A stretch of 32,536 nt of DNA from an uncultured Thermoleophilia bacterium (GTDB lineage Bacteria > Actinomycetota > Thermoleophilia > UBA2241): positions 1-32,536 of the forward strand of contig CAZIGT010000003.1 in the NCBI GenBank assembly GCA_964538465.1, given 5' to 3'. The position numbers were made by a program, and so were the translations under genes. Position 1 is the first letter of the stretch; the number at the start of each line of letters is the position of its first letter. This document shows positions 8,670 to 18,072 of this stretch, one piece after another. The notes beneath the pieces are model-generated. The model did no database searches. It was not told where the DNA came from and saw nothing but the letters and a program-made list of their open reading frames with translations.

Positions 8670-8792
8670 CGACTTCTCTCATCCGGACTCTGACCGTCGG
8701 CCCAGGGATCTCACCTGGTCAACCTTCCACGGAAGGCTCGCGGGCTTTCACCGCCGGTGGGGACTTCCACCCCGCCCCGAAGCCACTCTCTC
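8670..8792 (-). promoter_or_regulatory. FMN riboswitch (RFN element) aptamer
   Basis: The minus strand reads CTTCGGGGCGGGGTGGAAGTCCCCACCGGCGGTGAAAGCCCGCGAGCC...GGTTGACCAGGTGAGATCCCTGGGCCGACGGTCAGAGTCCGGATGAGAGAAG. This is a near-consensus RFN element, placed directly upstream of ribD. Confidence 0.92.
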
Positions 8793-8809
8793 TGTGTGCT
8801 TGCGGAGCG

Positions 8810-8815
8810 ATTGTA
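8810..8815 (-). promoter_or_regulatory. Putative -10 hexamer TACAAT for the rib operon
   Basis: The minus strand reads GTTCGGCTACAATCGC, ~20 nt upstream of the riboswitch P1. There is no convincing -35. Confidence 0.4.
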
Positions 8816-8846
8816 GCCGAACGCGCCCCCTGGGGCCACCAGACGC

Positions 8847-9518
8847 TCAGCCGGCCGCGGCCTTCGTCAGCTCGCGGAACCGATCAGCGGGGTCGTCGCG
8901 GAAGCAGCTCGACCCCGCGACCAGCCAGTTGGCGCCGGCGGTGACGAGCTCGCCGGCGTTCGCGGTGCCGACGCCGCCGTCGACCTCGATAGCCACGTTC
9001 TCAGGAAGGTATGCGCGCGCGTGCACGAGCTTGCGCATCGACTCGGGGATGAAGCTCTGGCCGCTGAACCCGGGGTTCACCGACATGATCAGCACCATGT
9101 CGCAGTACGAACGCGCCTCGGCGAGCGTCTCCACGGGCGTGGCCGGGTTCAGGGACACCCCGGCCCAGGCGCCGGCGGCGCGGATCTCGGAGAGCGTCTT
9201 GTGCAGGTGGGAGCACGCTTCCTGATGGACGGTGAGGCCGTCGGCGCCGGCATCGACGAAGGCCTGGATGAAGCGTTCCGGCTCCACGATCATGAGATGC
9301 ACGTCCAGCACGCCATCGCGGTCGTGCACCAGCGGTGCAAGAGCCGCAACGACGGGCGGCCCGATCGTGATGTTGGGGACGAAGCGGCCGTCCATGACGT
9401 CGACGTGGATGACCCGGGCGCCGGCATCCATCACCTTGCCCACCTGATCGGCTAAATGGCCGAAGTCGGCCGAGAGAACGGACGGTGCGATGTGGATCTG
9501 GTGCAGCAGTTCGTGCAT
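8847..9518 (-). CDS. rpe: Ribulose-phosphate 3-epimerase
   Basis: 223 aa: IAPSVLSADFGHL, HVDVMDGRFVPN, MSVNPGFSGQSFI, VDGGV. Confidence 0.92.
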   Translation of the reverse strand: MHELLHQIHIAPSVLSADFGHLADQVGKVMDAGARVIHVDVMDGRFVPNITIGPPVVAALAPLVHDRDGVLDVHLMIVEPERFIQAFVDAGADGLTVHQEACSHLHKTLSEIRAAGAWAGVSLNPATPVETLAEARSYCDMVLIMSVNPGFSGQSFIPESMRKLVHARAYLPENVAIEVDGGVGTANAGELVTAGANWLVAGSSCFRDDPADRFRELTKAAAG

Positions 9519-9575
9519 GGCGTGGCTATTCTATGCGGTCTGAGGCGGCCCCTGCTTGGGCCGTACGCGGGCGCG

Positions 9576-10991
9576 TCACGGCTGCATCTCCGGCCGGCGC
9601 AGCCGCGCGATGAAGAACCCGCTCGTCGCATCGCGATCGGGCAGGGTGAGCAGTGCGGGGCCGAAGTGCGGGTCGCGAAGCTCCGGGAAGGACGCGCCCA
9701 GGTCGTCGAAAGCGAGGCCAGCGGCGGTCGCCAACGGCTGCACGACGCCGATAGTCTCGTCGCGGGTCAAGGTGCACACGGCGTAGACGAGCGTGCCGCC
9801 CGGCCGCAGCAGGCGCGCCGCCCGTTCTCCGAGCGCTCGCTGCAGGGCGGCCATGCGGGGGACATCTTCCGGCCGGCGGTGCCAGCGCAGGTCCGGCCGC
9901 TCCGCCAGTGTGCCGAGGCCGGTGCACGGCGCGTCGAGCAGCACGAGGTCGAAGCCGCCGTCGAGCTCGGCCGGGAGATCGGTGGCTTCGGCCGTCAGCA
10001 CGTCGACGCCAGTGGTCTTGAGCCGGACGAGCGTGCCCTCGAGGTCGGCGGCGCGGGCGGGCTCGTTCTCGACGGCGAGGATGCGGCAGCCCGGAAGGAG
10101 GGCGGCAAGGTGTCCCGTCTTGACGCCCGGAGCAGCGCAGAGATCGGCGACGTGCAGCGCGCACGAACCTTCAATGTCCGTGCGAACGTGCGCTTCGCCG
10201 CGTGTGCTGCCGGCAGCCACCACGCCCACGAGCTGGGCCGCGAGAGACTGTGGCGTCACCCGGCCGTCCCGGAACGCCGCGGAGCGCTCGAGAGGGCCGC
10301 CCGAGTAGAGCAGCGCGTCTGGAGCCGCCCGGCGCCAGAGTTCCCGCGGCTCGGGGAGCGCAGTCTCGATGCGTGCCTCGGCGAGCGCGGCGCGCGCCTC
10401 CTCGACCGTCGTCGCGAGCTGGTTCACGCGGAGACAGCTGTGCGGGGCGCGATCGGCCGCGGCGAGCAGCGCGTGCGCCCGCTCGTCGTCCCACTCTCGC
10501 ATAAGAAGGGCCACGAGCCACTCCGGGCACGAGTAGCGCAAGGCTGTGCAGGCCGTGTCGTTCGCCGCCGTGAGCTCCTGCAGCCGCGCGGCCCCGCCGC
10601 CGGCCACCCGGCGCAGCACGGCGTTGACGAAGCCAACGGTGCGACGTCCGAGACGTGCGACGAGCTGAGCCGATTCGTCGACGGCCGCGGGCGGAGGCAC
10701 GCGGTCGAGGTAGAGGAGCTGATAGGCGCCGAGACGCAGCGCCGCACGAGCTCTGGGGTCGAGGCGGCCGAGCGGGTGGGCCGAGAACGAGGCGACCACC
10801 GCGTCGAGCGTCAGCCTGCGACGCGTGACGCCGGCGACGAGCTCCCAAGCGAGCGCGGCGTCGCGGCCGTCGAGGGCGGCCAGCGTGGGCTCGCCGCGCA
10901 TGACCTCGTCGAAGTGCGCGCTGGTGGCGTCGAGCTTGAGCAGGGCCTCGCAGGCGGCGCGGCGGGCAGGGCTCAGCGACCGCGGAGCCAT
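9576..10991 (-). CDS. rsmB: 16S rRNA (cytosine967-C5)-methyltransferase RsmB/Sun
   Basis: 471 aa with a NusB-like N-terminal domain, then the methyltransferase motifs DLCAAPGVKT, LDAPCTGLGTL and GGTLVYAVCTL. It follows fmt, as is usual, and overlaps the fmt stop by 19 nt. Confidence 0.88.
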   Translation of the reverse strand: MAPRSLSPARRAACEALLKLDATSAHFDEVMRGEPTLAALDGRDAALAWELVAGVTRRRLTLDAVVASFSAHPLGRLDPRARAALRLGAYQLLYLDRVPPPAAVDESAQLVARLGRRTVGFVNAVLRRVAGGGAARLQELTAANDTACTALRYSCPEWLVALLMREWDDERAHALLAAADRAPHSCLRVNQLATTVEEARAALAEARIETALPEPRELWRRAAPDALLYSGGPLERSAAFRDGRVTPQSLAAQLVGVVAAGSTRGEAHVRTDIEGSCALHVADLCAAPGVKTGHLAALLPGCRILAVENEPARAADLEGTLVRLKTTGVDVLTAEATDLPAELDGGFDLVLLDAPCTGLGTLAERPDLRWHRRPEDVPRMAALQRALGERAARLLRPGGTLVYAVCTLTRDETIGVVQPLATAAGLAFDDLGASFPELRDPHFGPALLTLPDRDATSGFFIARLRRPEMQP

Positions 10992-11866
10992 CTGCCGGCG
11001 CCGTTGAGGAAGGCGGCAGCCGGCTGTCGCCGGCCGCCCGGTGCCTGGATCTCAAGGATCTCGAGCCATCCGCGCCCCGCAGGGACGATCAGCCGGTCGC
11101 CCGCGACGCCCGCTGGCCGGTCCTGGAGGGCCCGCGCGCGCCAGAGGATGACGTCGTGCCCGTCGAGCATCGCTCTGGCGCCGATCGCCGGGGAAAGCGC
11201 GCGGACCTGGTCGGCTAGCGCTTCAGCGGGCCGGCCCCAGTCCACGATGCGGTCGACCTTGCCGAGCTTCTCGGCATACGTTCCGGCGCCGACCTGTGGG
11301 GTCCATTTCACCGAGCCGTCGGCGATGCGGCTGAGAACGTCGTGCAAGGCCTCGGCCGCGGGTGGCGCGAGGGCCGCGTACGCCTCGCCGCAGTCGGCGG
11401 TGCGTGGGACGTGGACCGTCCTCAATTCGGCCACCGGGCCCTCGTCCACGCCCTCCGTCATCTTGAGGACGGCGAGGCCTATGTCCGTCTCGCCCGCCAT
11501 GAGCGCGCGCTCCACGGGCGCCGCGCCGCGCCAGCGCGGCACGGCGGAGGGATGCACGACCAGCGTGAGCAGCGCGTCGAGCACTTCCCGACCGACTATC
11601 TCGCCGTAGGCGCACACCACGAAGACATCCGGCCGCGCTGCCAGCAGCTCGTCGACCGCGGCGCCGGCCAATCGATCGGGCTGGAGAAGCGGAAGACCCT
11701 GCTCCAATGCGACGCTCTTCACCGGAGAGGGCTGCGGCGTGCCGTGGCGGCCGCGCGGCTTGTCCGGTCGCGTGACGACCACCACCACTTCATGCGCGCT
11801 CGAATCCACCAGCTCGCGAAGGACGAGCGCCCCGAAATGGGCGGTGCCGGCGTATGCGAGCCTCAT
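10973..11866 (-). CDS. fmt: Methionyl-tRNA formyltransferase
   Basis: 297 aa: MRLAYAGTAHFG, VVTRPDKPRGR, VHPSAVPRWRGAAPVERALMAG. It sits in the def-fmt pair. Confidence 0.9.
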   Translation of the reverse strand: MRLAYAGTAHFGALVLRELVDSSAHEVVVVVTRPDKPRGRHGTPQPSPVKSVALEQGLPLLQPDRLAGAAVDELLAARPDVFVVCAYGEIVGREVLDALLTLVVHPSAVPRWRGAAPVERALMAGETDIGLAVLKMTEGVDEGPVAELRTVHVPRTADCGEAYAALAPPAAEALHDVLSRIADGSVKWTPQVGAGTYAEKLGKVDRIVDWGRPAEALADQVRALSPAIGARAMLDGHDVILWRARALQDRPAGVAGDRLIVPAGRGWLEILEIQAPGGRRQPAAAFLNGAGRWLRGR

Positions 11867-11882
11867 GTCCGCCCCGGCCTTC

Positions 11883-12461
11883 TCAGCCGGTCATGGTGCG
11901 TTCGCGAAGCTGGCGCAGGGCGGCGGCCCGCGCCTTCCGGGTCGTGCGATCGAGGATGAGGACGCCGTCCAGATGATCTGTCTCGTGCTGGATGACACGG
12001 GCCTCGGTACCCTCGGCCTGGAACTCCAGCGGTTCACCATGTACATCCTGACCCTTGACGCCGACGGCAACGGCCCGCTCCACGGGCATCACCGCGTCGG
12101 GAACGCTCAGGCAACCCTCTTCGACCTCTTCCGTCTCGTCCGACCGCCAGACGATCTCCGGGTTCACGAGGATACGCGGATCCTCCTCGCCCACCTCGTA
12201 GACGATCAGTCGCTTGAGGATACCGAGCTGGGGCGCCGCCAGGCCTACGCCCGGCGCGTCGCGCATGACGTCGATCATGTGGAAGGCCAGCTTGCGGAGC
12301 TGACCGTCGAACTCGGCGACCGGATGGGCGTGGTCGCGCAGCACAGGATCGCCCACCACGCGGATCTCCTTGCGAGCGGCCTCCGCGCGCCGGGCAGCCT
12401 CCGCCGCCGGCATGTCCTTGCGCTTGTTCCTGCCCTGACCCATATCCACCTTCATTGTCAT
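11883..12461 (-). CDS. def: Peptide deformylase
   Basis: The three Def motifs are present: GVGLAAPQLG, EGCLSVP and HETDHLDG. The start is uncertain. ATG 12459-12461 gives a ~30-aa extension before IRVVGDPVLR; ATG at 12443 (AAGGTGG upstream) or 12413 are alternatives. Confidence 0.88.
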   Translation of the reverse strand: MTMKVDMGQGRNKRKDMPAAEAARRAEAARKEIRVVGDPVLRDHAHPVAEFDGQLRKLAFHMIDVMRDAPGVGLAAPQLGILKRLIVYEVGEEDPRILVNPEIVWRSDETEEVEEGCLSVPDAVMPVERAVAVGVKGQDVHGEPLEFQAEGTEARVIQHETDHLDGVLILDRTTRKARAAALRQLRERTMTG

Positions 12462-12587
12462 GGTACCGTGCGGCGCGACCCGCCACCACCATGCGTGTAC
12501 GGTCTAGCGGCCCGTCCTTTGAAGTGCCTGGTGGATCGCCACGCTTTCTCTGCGCGGGGCCACAGCCGGGGTCGTCTGATCTCCCTT

Positions 12588-14957
12588 CTAGAGGCGGGTC
12601 GGTTCTACGTCCACGAGGACTCGGACCCCACGACGGGCCGCCCTTCGTCGGTTGTCCCGCACGATCTCGTGCACCTGAGCGATGGTTTCCCCTGCGACGG
12701 TAGTCTTAACCACTGTCCGGCAGTAGAGGCGGCCGCGCTCCCTCCAGATAGGGCCGGGACCGACCACGGAGACGTCGCCGGTGAGGCCGCGACGGGCGGC
12801 CGAAGCGAGCTCGGCCGCCGCAGCCGTGAGATGGCCGACGTCTGTCGCGGACGTTTCCAGCGCGAGGAGCGTGGTGGCCGGCGGGTAGCCCAGGAGCTTG
12901 CGCCGGTGGAGCTCGTCGGTGTAGAAGCCGTCTTCGTCGCCGGATGCCGCGAACACGATGGGACGGGCCTCCGGATTGTACGTCTGGACTATGACGCGGC
13001 CCGCGTGCTCTCCCCGGCCGGCGCGGCCGCCGACCTGAAGCAGCATGGCGAACGTGCGCTCCTCCGCCCGGTAGTCCGGGAAGTAGAGCGCCAGGTCGGC
13101 GTTGACGACTCCCACAAGCGTGACTTCGGGGAAGTGGTGTCCCTTGGCGACCATCTGGGTACCCACCAGCACACGGGCGCCGGGGCTGGCGAAACGGTCC
13201 AGGACCCGGCTCAGGCGCACGTAGGAGGCCGCCACGTCCGAGTCCAGACGAAGCAGGTCGGTCCCCGGGAGCAGGCGCGCCACCTCCGCCTGGAGCTGTT
13301 CCGTGCCCACGCCATGGCGACCCACGTCCATGCCGCCGCATGCCGGGCAAACGTGCGGTGCCGGCTCGCGCCGGCCGCAGATCCGGCAGCGCAGCTCAGC
13401 GCCGCGGCGGACAAGGCTGTAGGCGACGTCGCAGGCCGGGCACACCCAGGTGTGCCCGCAGTGGGCGCAGCTCACGGAGCTGGCCACGCCACGTCGGTTG
13501 AGGAAGAGGATCGCCTTTTGTCCGGCGTCGATGCACTCCACGAGCGCTGACCGGAGAGGTGCACAGAGCACCTCGTGGCTGTCGCGGAGATCGACCACTT
13601 CCAGCGAGGGTGGCGCGGAGCCGTCGACGCGTCGCGTGAGCCGCGCGTGGCACGCCACCCGCGCCCAGGTCTCCACACTGGGCGTGGCGGAGCCGAAGAC
13701 CAGCGCCGCGCGGCTCTGCCCTGCCCGCCAGCGGGCCACGGTGCGGGCATCGTAGCGCGGCTCGTTGCCCTGCTTGTAGGAGTCGTCCTGCTCCTCATCT
13801 ATCACGACAAGACCAAGGTCCGGAACAGGGGCGAACACGGCCGACCGGGCGCCGACGACGATACGCGCTCGCCCCCCCGCTGCGGCCCTGTAGGCGGCCA
13901 CCCGCTCGCCGACCGCCAGGCTTGAGTGCAGCACGGCGACGGTCTCGCCGGGGAAGCGGGTACGGAACCGCGCGACGGTTTGGCCGGTGAGGGCGATCTC
14001 GGGAACGAGGACGATCACAGAGCGGCCGCGCTTCAGCACCTCCGCTGCCGCGCGCAAGTAGACCTCGGTCTTGCCGCTGCCGGTCACGCCGTGCAGCAGG
14101 ACCTCGCCGCCGCGCGTGTCGTCCACGGCGTCCATCACGGCGGCAAGGGCCGCCCGCTGTTCGTCGAGGAGATCGGGAGCGCGTACGGTGGCGGTGTTCG
14201 GCTCCGCGAGCGGCTTGGCCGGCCTGCCGCTGCCTTCTCTCGGCCCGGTCAGCGCCGGGTGCTCCACAGACCGCAACGCGCCGCTGGCCGCGAGGCTGTC
14301 GAGAGCCGCCGTGACCACACCGCACTCATGGCGCAGTTCGGTCTCGCCGCAGACGCCCACTGCCTGCACGTACTCGAGGGCCGACCGCTGACGCTTGCCG
14401 AGGCGGCTGGGAGTGGCGTCTCCGCGTGCGAAGTAGCGTTCAGGCTTCTCGGAACCCACCACGCGGACCCCATACCGCACCTCGAGCAGCCCTTCGCGGC
14501 GAAGGCGCTGCGTGCCCGCCGGCAGGCGCCTGCCGGACGGCAGCGGCGCCGGCGGCTCGAAGGCAGCGAGATCGTGCCGCCCCTGCGCGAGCTGCACTCG
14601 CCCGGCGTCCGTGAGGGCGAGGGTGCGTTCGACCTTGAGCACCCCCGCCGGCGGCGTGACGAGCGACAGGGCGGCCGCGGTCGAGCACAGGTAATGGTCG
14701 CGCACACGCCAGGCCAGCTCGATCAGGTCTTCAGGCACGGGCGACAGGTCCAGGACGGCGCGCAGCGGGACTATCTTCCCCTCGTGGAGGGTCGCGGCCG
14801 AGATGCCCAGGACGAGGCCTATCACCACCTGGGGGCCGAGCGGCGCGGCCACAAGGCTTCCCACGGTGAGCCGGGAGCGCATCTCGTCCGGAACGGCGTA
14901 GTCGAAGGGCTCGCTGAACGCCCGCGTACGTATGAGGGGGAAGACAGCCGCATACAT
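12588..14957 (-). CDS. priA: Primosomal protein N' (replication restart helicase PriA)
   Basis: FDYAVPDEM N-terminal pattern, Walker A GVTGSGKTEVY, motif II IDEEQDDSYKQ, and a Cys-rich zinc region CAHCGH..CPACD..CRICG..CPACGG. I take ATG 14955-14957 (MYAAVFPL) as the start; the ORF-track start at 15002 is a GTG giving 15 extra acidic residues. Confidence 0.88.
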   Translation of the reverse strand: MYAAVFPLIRTRAFSEPFDYAVPDEMRSRLTVGSLVAAPLGPQVVIGLVLGISAATLHEGKIVPLRAVLDLSPVPEDLIELAWRVRDHYLCSTAAALSLVTPPAGVLKVERTLALTDAGRVQLAQGRHDLAAFEPPAPLPSGRRLPAGTQRLRREGLLEVRYGVRVVGSEKPERYFARGDATPSRLGKRQRSALEYVQAVGVCGETELRHECGVVTAALDSLAASGALRSVEHPALTGPREGSGRPAKPLAEPNTATVRAPDLLDEQRAALAAVMDAVDDTRGGEVLLHGVTGSGKTEVYLRAAAEVLKRGRSVIVLVPEIALTGQTVARFRTRFPGETVAVLHSSLAVGERVAAYRAAAGGRARIVVGARSAVFAPVPDLGLVVIDEEQDDSYKQGNEPRYDARTVARWRAGQSRAALVFGSATPSVETWARVACHARLTRRVDGSAPPSLEVVDLRDSHEVLCAPLRSALVECIDAGQKAILFLNRRGVASSVSCAHCGHTWVCPACDVAYSLVRRGAELRCRICGRREPAPHVCPACGGMDVGRHGVGTEQLQAEVARLLPGTDLLRLDSDVAASYVRLSRVLDRFASPGARVLVGTQMVAKGHHFPEVTLVGVVNADLALYFPDYRAEERTFAMLLQVGGRAGRGEHAGRVIVQTYNPEARPIVFAASGDEDGFYTDELHRRKLLGYPPATTLLALETSATDVGHLTAAAAELASAARRGLTGDVSVVGPGPIWRERGRLYCRTVVKTTVAGETIAQVHEIVRDNRRRAARRGVRVLVDVEPTRL

Positions 14958-15027
14958 CAGGCCATCTTCCCCCTCGTCGTCTTCTCTATCGCCGGCCGGC
15001 ACGAAGCCGACGCGACACGCCGCGGCC

Positions 15028-16236
15028 TCAGGCCAGGCCGGCCTCCTTGCGCAACAGGTCGACCTTGTCCGTGCGCTCCCACGTGAAGTCGTGGTCGTTG
15101 CGTCCGAAGTGGCCGTACGCCGCCGTCTTGCGGTAGATGGGCCGCCGTAGGTTCAGGTCGCGGATGATCGCCGCCGGGCGCAGGTCGAAGTGCGTGCGCA
15201 CCAGATCCTCGATGACCGACTCGTCGACCTTCTCGGTGCCCTGGCAGTCGACCATGACCGACACGGGATGAGCTACCCCGATGGCGTAGGCGACCTCTAT
15301 CTCGCAGCGATCGGCCAGGCCGGCGGCCACGACGTTCTTCGCGACGTAGCGCGCGGCGTATGCGCCGGAGCGGTCCACCTTGCTGGGGTCCTTGCCGGAG
15401 AAGGCACCGCCGCCGTGACGGGCCATGCCGCCGTACGTATCGACGATGATCTTGCGTCCCGTGACGCCGGCATCGCCCATGGGGCCGCCGATGACGAACT
15501 TGCCGGTGGCGTTGACCACGGTGATCTTTTCGAGGTTCTCCGGGTCATACATGGACTTGGGGATGACTGGTTCTACGACGTGCTCGAGCAGGTCCGGCTT
15601 GATGAGGGTGTCCACATCGATGTGGTCCGCGTGCTGAGTGGCCAAGATGATCTTGACGACCTCGACGGGCTTGCCGTCTTCGTAGCGCACCGTGACCTGC
15701 GACTTGCCGTCTGGACGGAGGTACGGCAGCACCTCGGCCTTGCGCACCTCGGCGAGGCGACGCGAGAGCCGGTGCGCCAGCGCGATCGGCATGGGCATGA
15801 GCTCCGGCGTCTCGTTGCAGGCGAAGCCGAACATCATGCCCTGGTCGCCCGCACCCTGGACGTCGCAGGCGTCGTCGTCGTTCACGTCGGTGCGCGTCTC
15901 GAGCGACTGACCGACACCCTGGCTGATATCCGGTGACTGCTCGTGCACCGCCACGATGACGCCGCACGTGTCGCAGTCGAAGCCGTACTTGGCCCGGGTG
16001 TACCCGACCTCCCGCACCGTCTCGCGAGCTATGGTCGGGATGTCGACGTACGTCTCGGTGGTGATCTCGCCGGCCACGACGATGAGGCCGGTGGTGACAA
16101 GCGTCTCGCAGGCGACACGACCGTAGGGATCGTCCCGGAAGATGGCGTCCAGGACGCCGTCGCTGATCTGGTCGGCGATCTTGTCCGGATGACCCTCGGT
16201 GACCGATTCGGACGTGAATAGGTAGCTGTTGCTCAC
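15028..16236 (-). CDS. metK: S-adenosylmethionine synthetase
   Basis: [25 protein letters not shown] plus the [12 protein letters not shown] and [16 protein letters not shown] motifs. The true start is GTG at 16234-16236, with AGGAGG 5 nt upstream. The ORF-track N-terminus (to 16530) is a spurious extension. Confidence 0.93.
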   Translation of the reverse strand: MSNSYLFTSESVTEGHPDKIADQISDGVLDAIFRDDPYGRVACETLVTTGLIVVAGEITTETYVDIPTIARETVREVGYTRAKYGFDCDTCGVIVAVHEQSPDISQGVGQSLETRTDVNDDDACDVQGAGDQGMMFGFACNETPELMPMPIALAHRLSRRLAEVRKAEVLPYLRPDGKSQVTVRYEDGKPVEVVKIILATQHADHIDVDTLIKPDLLEHVVEPVIPKSMYDPENLEKITVVNATGKFVIGGPMGDAGVTGRKIIVDTYGGMARHGGGAFSGKDPSKVDRSGAYAARYVAKNVVAAGLADRCEIEVAYAIGVAHPVSVMVDCQGTEKVDESVIEDLVRTHFDLRPAAIIRDLNLRRPIYRKTAAYGHFGRNDHDFTWERTDKVDLLRKEAGLA

Positions 16237-16301
16237 GGTACCTCCTGCGTGAGACACCCGGCCGGGATGGCGGCGGGTGGTGCGTGCCGACGGCGTCGCG
16301 C

Positions 16302-16310
16302 AGTCTACCA
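16302..16310 (-). promoter_or_regulatory. Putative extended -10 promoter element (TGgTAGACT) upstream of metK
   Basis: The minus strand reads CTGTCTGGTAGACTGCG, ~65 nt upstream of the metK GTG. There is no clear -35. Confidence 0.3.
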
Positions 16311-16363
16311 GACAGGCGCCCGCGGGAGCACCCGCGCAGGCATCACCCCCGGGTGGGGCCGGT

Positions 16364-17377
16364 TCAGGACGGCCGGTCCTGGCGCTCTGCGAGACCCTCC
16401 ATCTTCGGTTCCCGGGCCATGAGCGCGCGCACGCACTCATGCGGGTCCTTGTGCTTCTCCAGGGCCTCGTACACGTTCTCGCACACGGGCATCTCGACAC
16501 CGAGCTGGTGGCTGAGGTCGTGGAGGGCATAGGCCGTAGGAATGCCCTCCACGACCTGACCCACGAGCTCCTGCAGGCTCTCCGGAGAGTGGCCGGTGGC
16601 CAGCAGTTCGCCGGCCTTGCGGTTGCGGCTGTGGCGCGACGTACAGGTCGCGATCATGTCTCCGATGCCGGCAAGGCCGGCGAACGTCTCGAAGCGGGCG
16701 CCCAGGCGGATGCCGAGGCGCGTCACCTCGGCCAGGCTGCGCGTCACGAGGCTGGCGCGCGTGTTGTCGCCGTAGCCCAGACCATCCGACATCCCCACGG
16801 CCAGCGCCACCGGGTTCTTGGCGGCGCCGCAGAACTCCACTCCCACGACGTCGGTGTTGCGGTAGACGCGGAAGGTGTCTGCCATGACCGCGCGCTGCAG
16901 GGCGCCGGCAAGCGCCTCATCCGTGGCCGCGACGACGGTCGCTGAAGGCATGTCGCGGGCGACTTCCTCAGCGTGGTTCGGCCCGGACAGGGCGGCCGCC
17001 GGGATGCCCGTCTCCGTGGCGATGATCTCGGTGGGACGCAAGAACGTACGCAGCTCGAGACCCTTCGCCAGCGAGAGCTGCAGGGCCGCGGCAGGCTCTC
17101 GCTGGGCGACCCACTGGGCCACCTGGCGCACAGCCTGCGTGGGCACCGCGTAGACGATGAGCTCGCAACCGTCCAGGCTCGCGTCGTCCATGCCGGTGAA
17201 CCGTATGCCCTGCGGGATCGTCACGCCCGGCAGGAAGTGCTCGTTGACGCGGCGGCGGGTGAGCTCCTCCGCCTCAGCCGCCGTCAGTGTGAGCACTTCT
17301 ACGTCGTGCCCGTTGCCGTGGAGCAAGCGCGCGAAGGCGGTGCCCCAACTCCCGGATCCGATGACTGTCGCCTTCAT
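16364..17377 (-). CDS. gpsA: NAD(P)H-dependent glycerol-3-phosphate dehydrogenase
   Basis: [16 protein letters not shown] Rossmann start, GPNHAEEV and [22 protein letters not shown] at 17375-17377 forms ATGA with the plsY stop. The upstream part of the listed ORF is spurious. Confidence 0.9.
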   Translation of the reverse strand: MKATVIGSGSWGTAFARLLHGNGHDVEVLTLTAAEAEELTRRRVNEHFLPGVTIPQGIRFTGMDDASLDGCELIVYAVPTQAVRQVAQWVAQREPAAALQLSLAKGLELRTFLRPTEIIATETGIPAAALSGPNHAEEVARDMPSATVVAATDEALAGALQRAVMADTFRVYRNTDVVGVEFCGAAKNPVALAVGMSDGLGYGDNTRASLVTRSLAEVTRLGIRLGARFETFAGLAGIGDMIATCTSRHSRNRKAGELLATGHSPESLQELVGQVVEGIPTAYALHDLSHQLGVEMPVCENVYEALEKHKDPHECVRALMAREPKMEGLAERQDRPS

Positions 17378-18072
17378 CCCCCACTCCCCGAGCTGTCGTG
17401 ACCTGCCAGGTCGTCGGCAGACGATACGTCCTTCCCCTGGTCTGCGTTGTGCGACGTCCCGTGTCGGTTCCAGGGGAACGTCAGCCGCCGCTCCGTTCCC
17501 TTGAAGATGCGCGCTATATTGCCGTGGTGCGCCGCGATGACGAGCGGTCCGAGTACCAGGGCGACTATGAAGTACGGCGTCGGCTGGTCGGTGAGCCACG
17601 TGACCACCGGGAAGGTTGCGGCCGCCGCGATCGAAGCTGCGCTCACCATGCGCGCGGTGAGGAGCACCGCCAGGAAGATGCCCAGTTCGATGAGGAACAC
17701 CGGCCACATGAGCCCGATGACCACTCCGGCGCCGGTGGCGACCCCCTTGCCGCCTCCGCCCCGCAGGAAGATGGAGCGCATATGGCCGATCACTGGGAGG
17801 GCGGCCAGGATCACGGCCAGCCAGGGCTGGAAGAACAGGCCGGCAAGCAGTGCCGGAATGGCACCCTTGAGGATGTCGCACAGCAGTACGACGGTCCCGG
17901 CGCGAGCGCCAAGCACGCGGTACGCGTTGGTGGCGCCGATGTTGCCGGAGCCGAACTCCCGCATATCGACGCCCTTGGTGAGGCGTCCCACCATCACGCC
18001 GAACGGCACGGCGCCGAGCAGGTACCCGCCCACGCCGAGCGCGGCCGCGGCGGCTATCTCGCCGCCGGTCAC
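17374..18072 (-). CDS. plsY: Glycerol-3-phosphate acyltransferase PlsY
   Basis: Membrane protein with the FGSGNIGATN and GGKGVAT motifs. GTG at 18070-18072 forms GTGA with the der stop. It carries a ~35-aa hydrophilic C-terminal tail. Confidence 0.88.
   Translation of the reverse strand: MTGGEIAAAAALGVGGYLLGAVPFGVMVGRLTKGVDMREFGSGNIGATNAYRVLGARAGTVVLLCDILKGAIPALLAGLFFQPWLAVILAALPVIGHMRSIFLRGGGGKGVATGAGVVIGLMWPVFLIELGIFLAVLLTARMVSAASIAAAATFPVVTWLTDQPTPYFIVALVLGPLVIAAHHGNIARIFKGTERRLTFPWNRHGTSHNADQGKDVSSADDLAGHDSSGSGG

Noticed and set aside
9456-11609. Very long plus-strand ORFs: 717 aa here, and also 735-2180, 2258-3952, 11739-13550, 13926-15086, 18075-19685, 24894-26285 and 26608-28284.
   Set aside because: Each lies antisense to a confidently recognised minus-strand gene. 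Their translations are R/A/G/P-rich with no recognisable motifs. Stop-free antisense frames are expected in very GC-rich coding DNA. I treat them as shadow ORFs, not overlapping genes.
12462-12587. tRNA-like fragments (GGTCTAGCGG, GTGG-ATCG-CCAC) in the priA-def intergenic region.
   Set aside because: No cloverleaf can be drawn. There is no 7-nt T-loop (TTCGAAT-like), no acceptor stem pairing and no anticodon arm. It is probably just an intergenic spacer or promoter region for def-fmt-rsmB-rpe.
16237-16363. Possible SAM riboswitch or other leader RNA upstream of metK. A small CGCGGG-AGCA-CCCGCG hairpin lies at 16321-16336, and a CACCCG...CGGGTG hairpin lies nearer the SD.
   Set aside because: I could not find the conserved cores of the SAM-I, SAM-II/V, SAM-IV or SAM-SAH motifs. 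The region is only ~127 nt and is explained by a gpsA-proximal hairpin, a -10-like TGgTAGACT and a short leader with AGGAGG. A covariance-model scan would be the decisive check.
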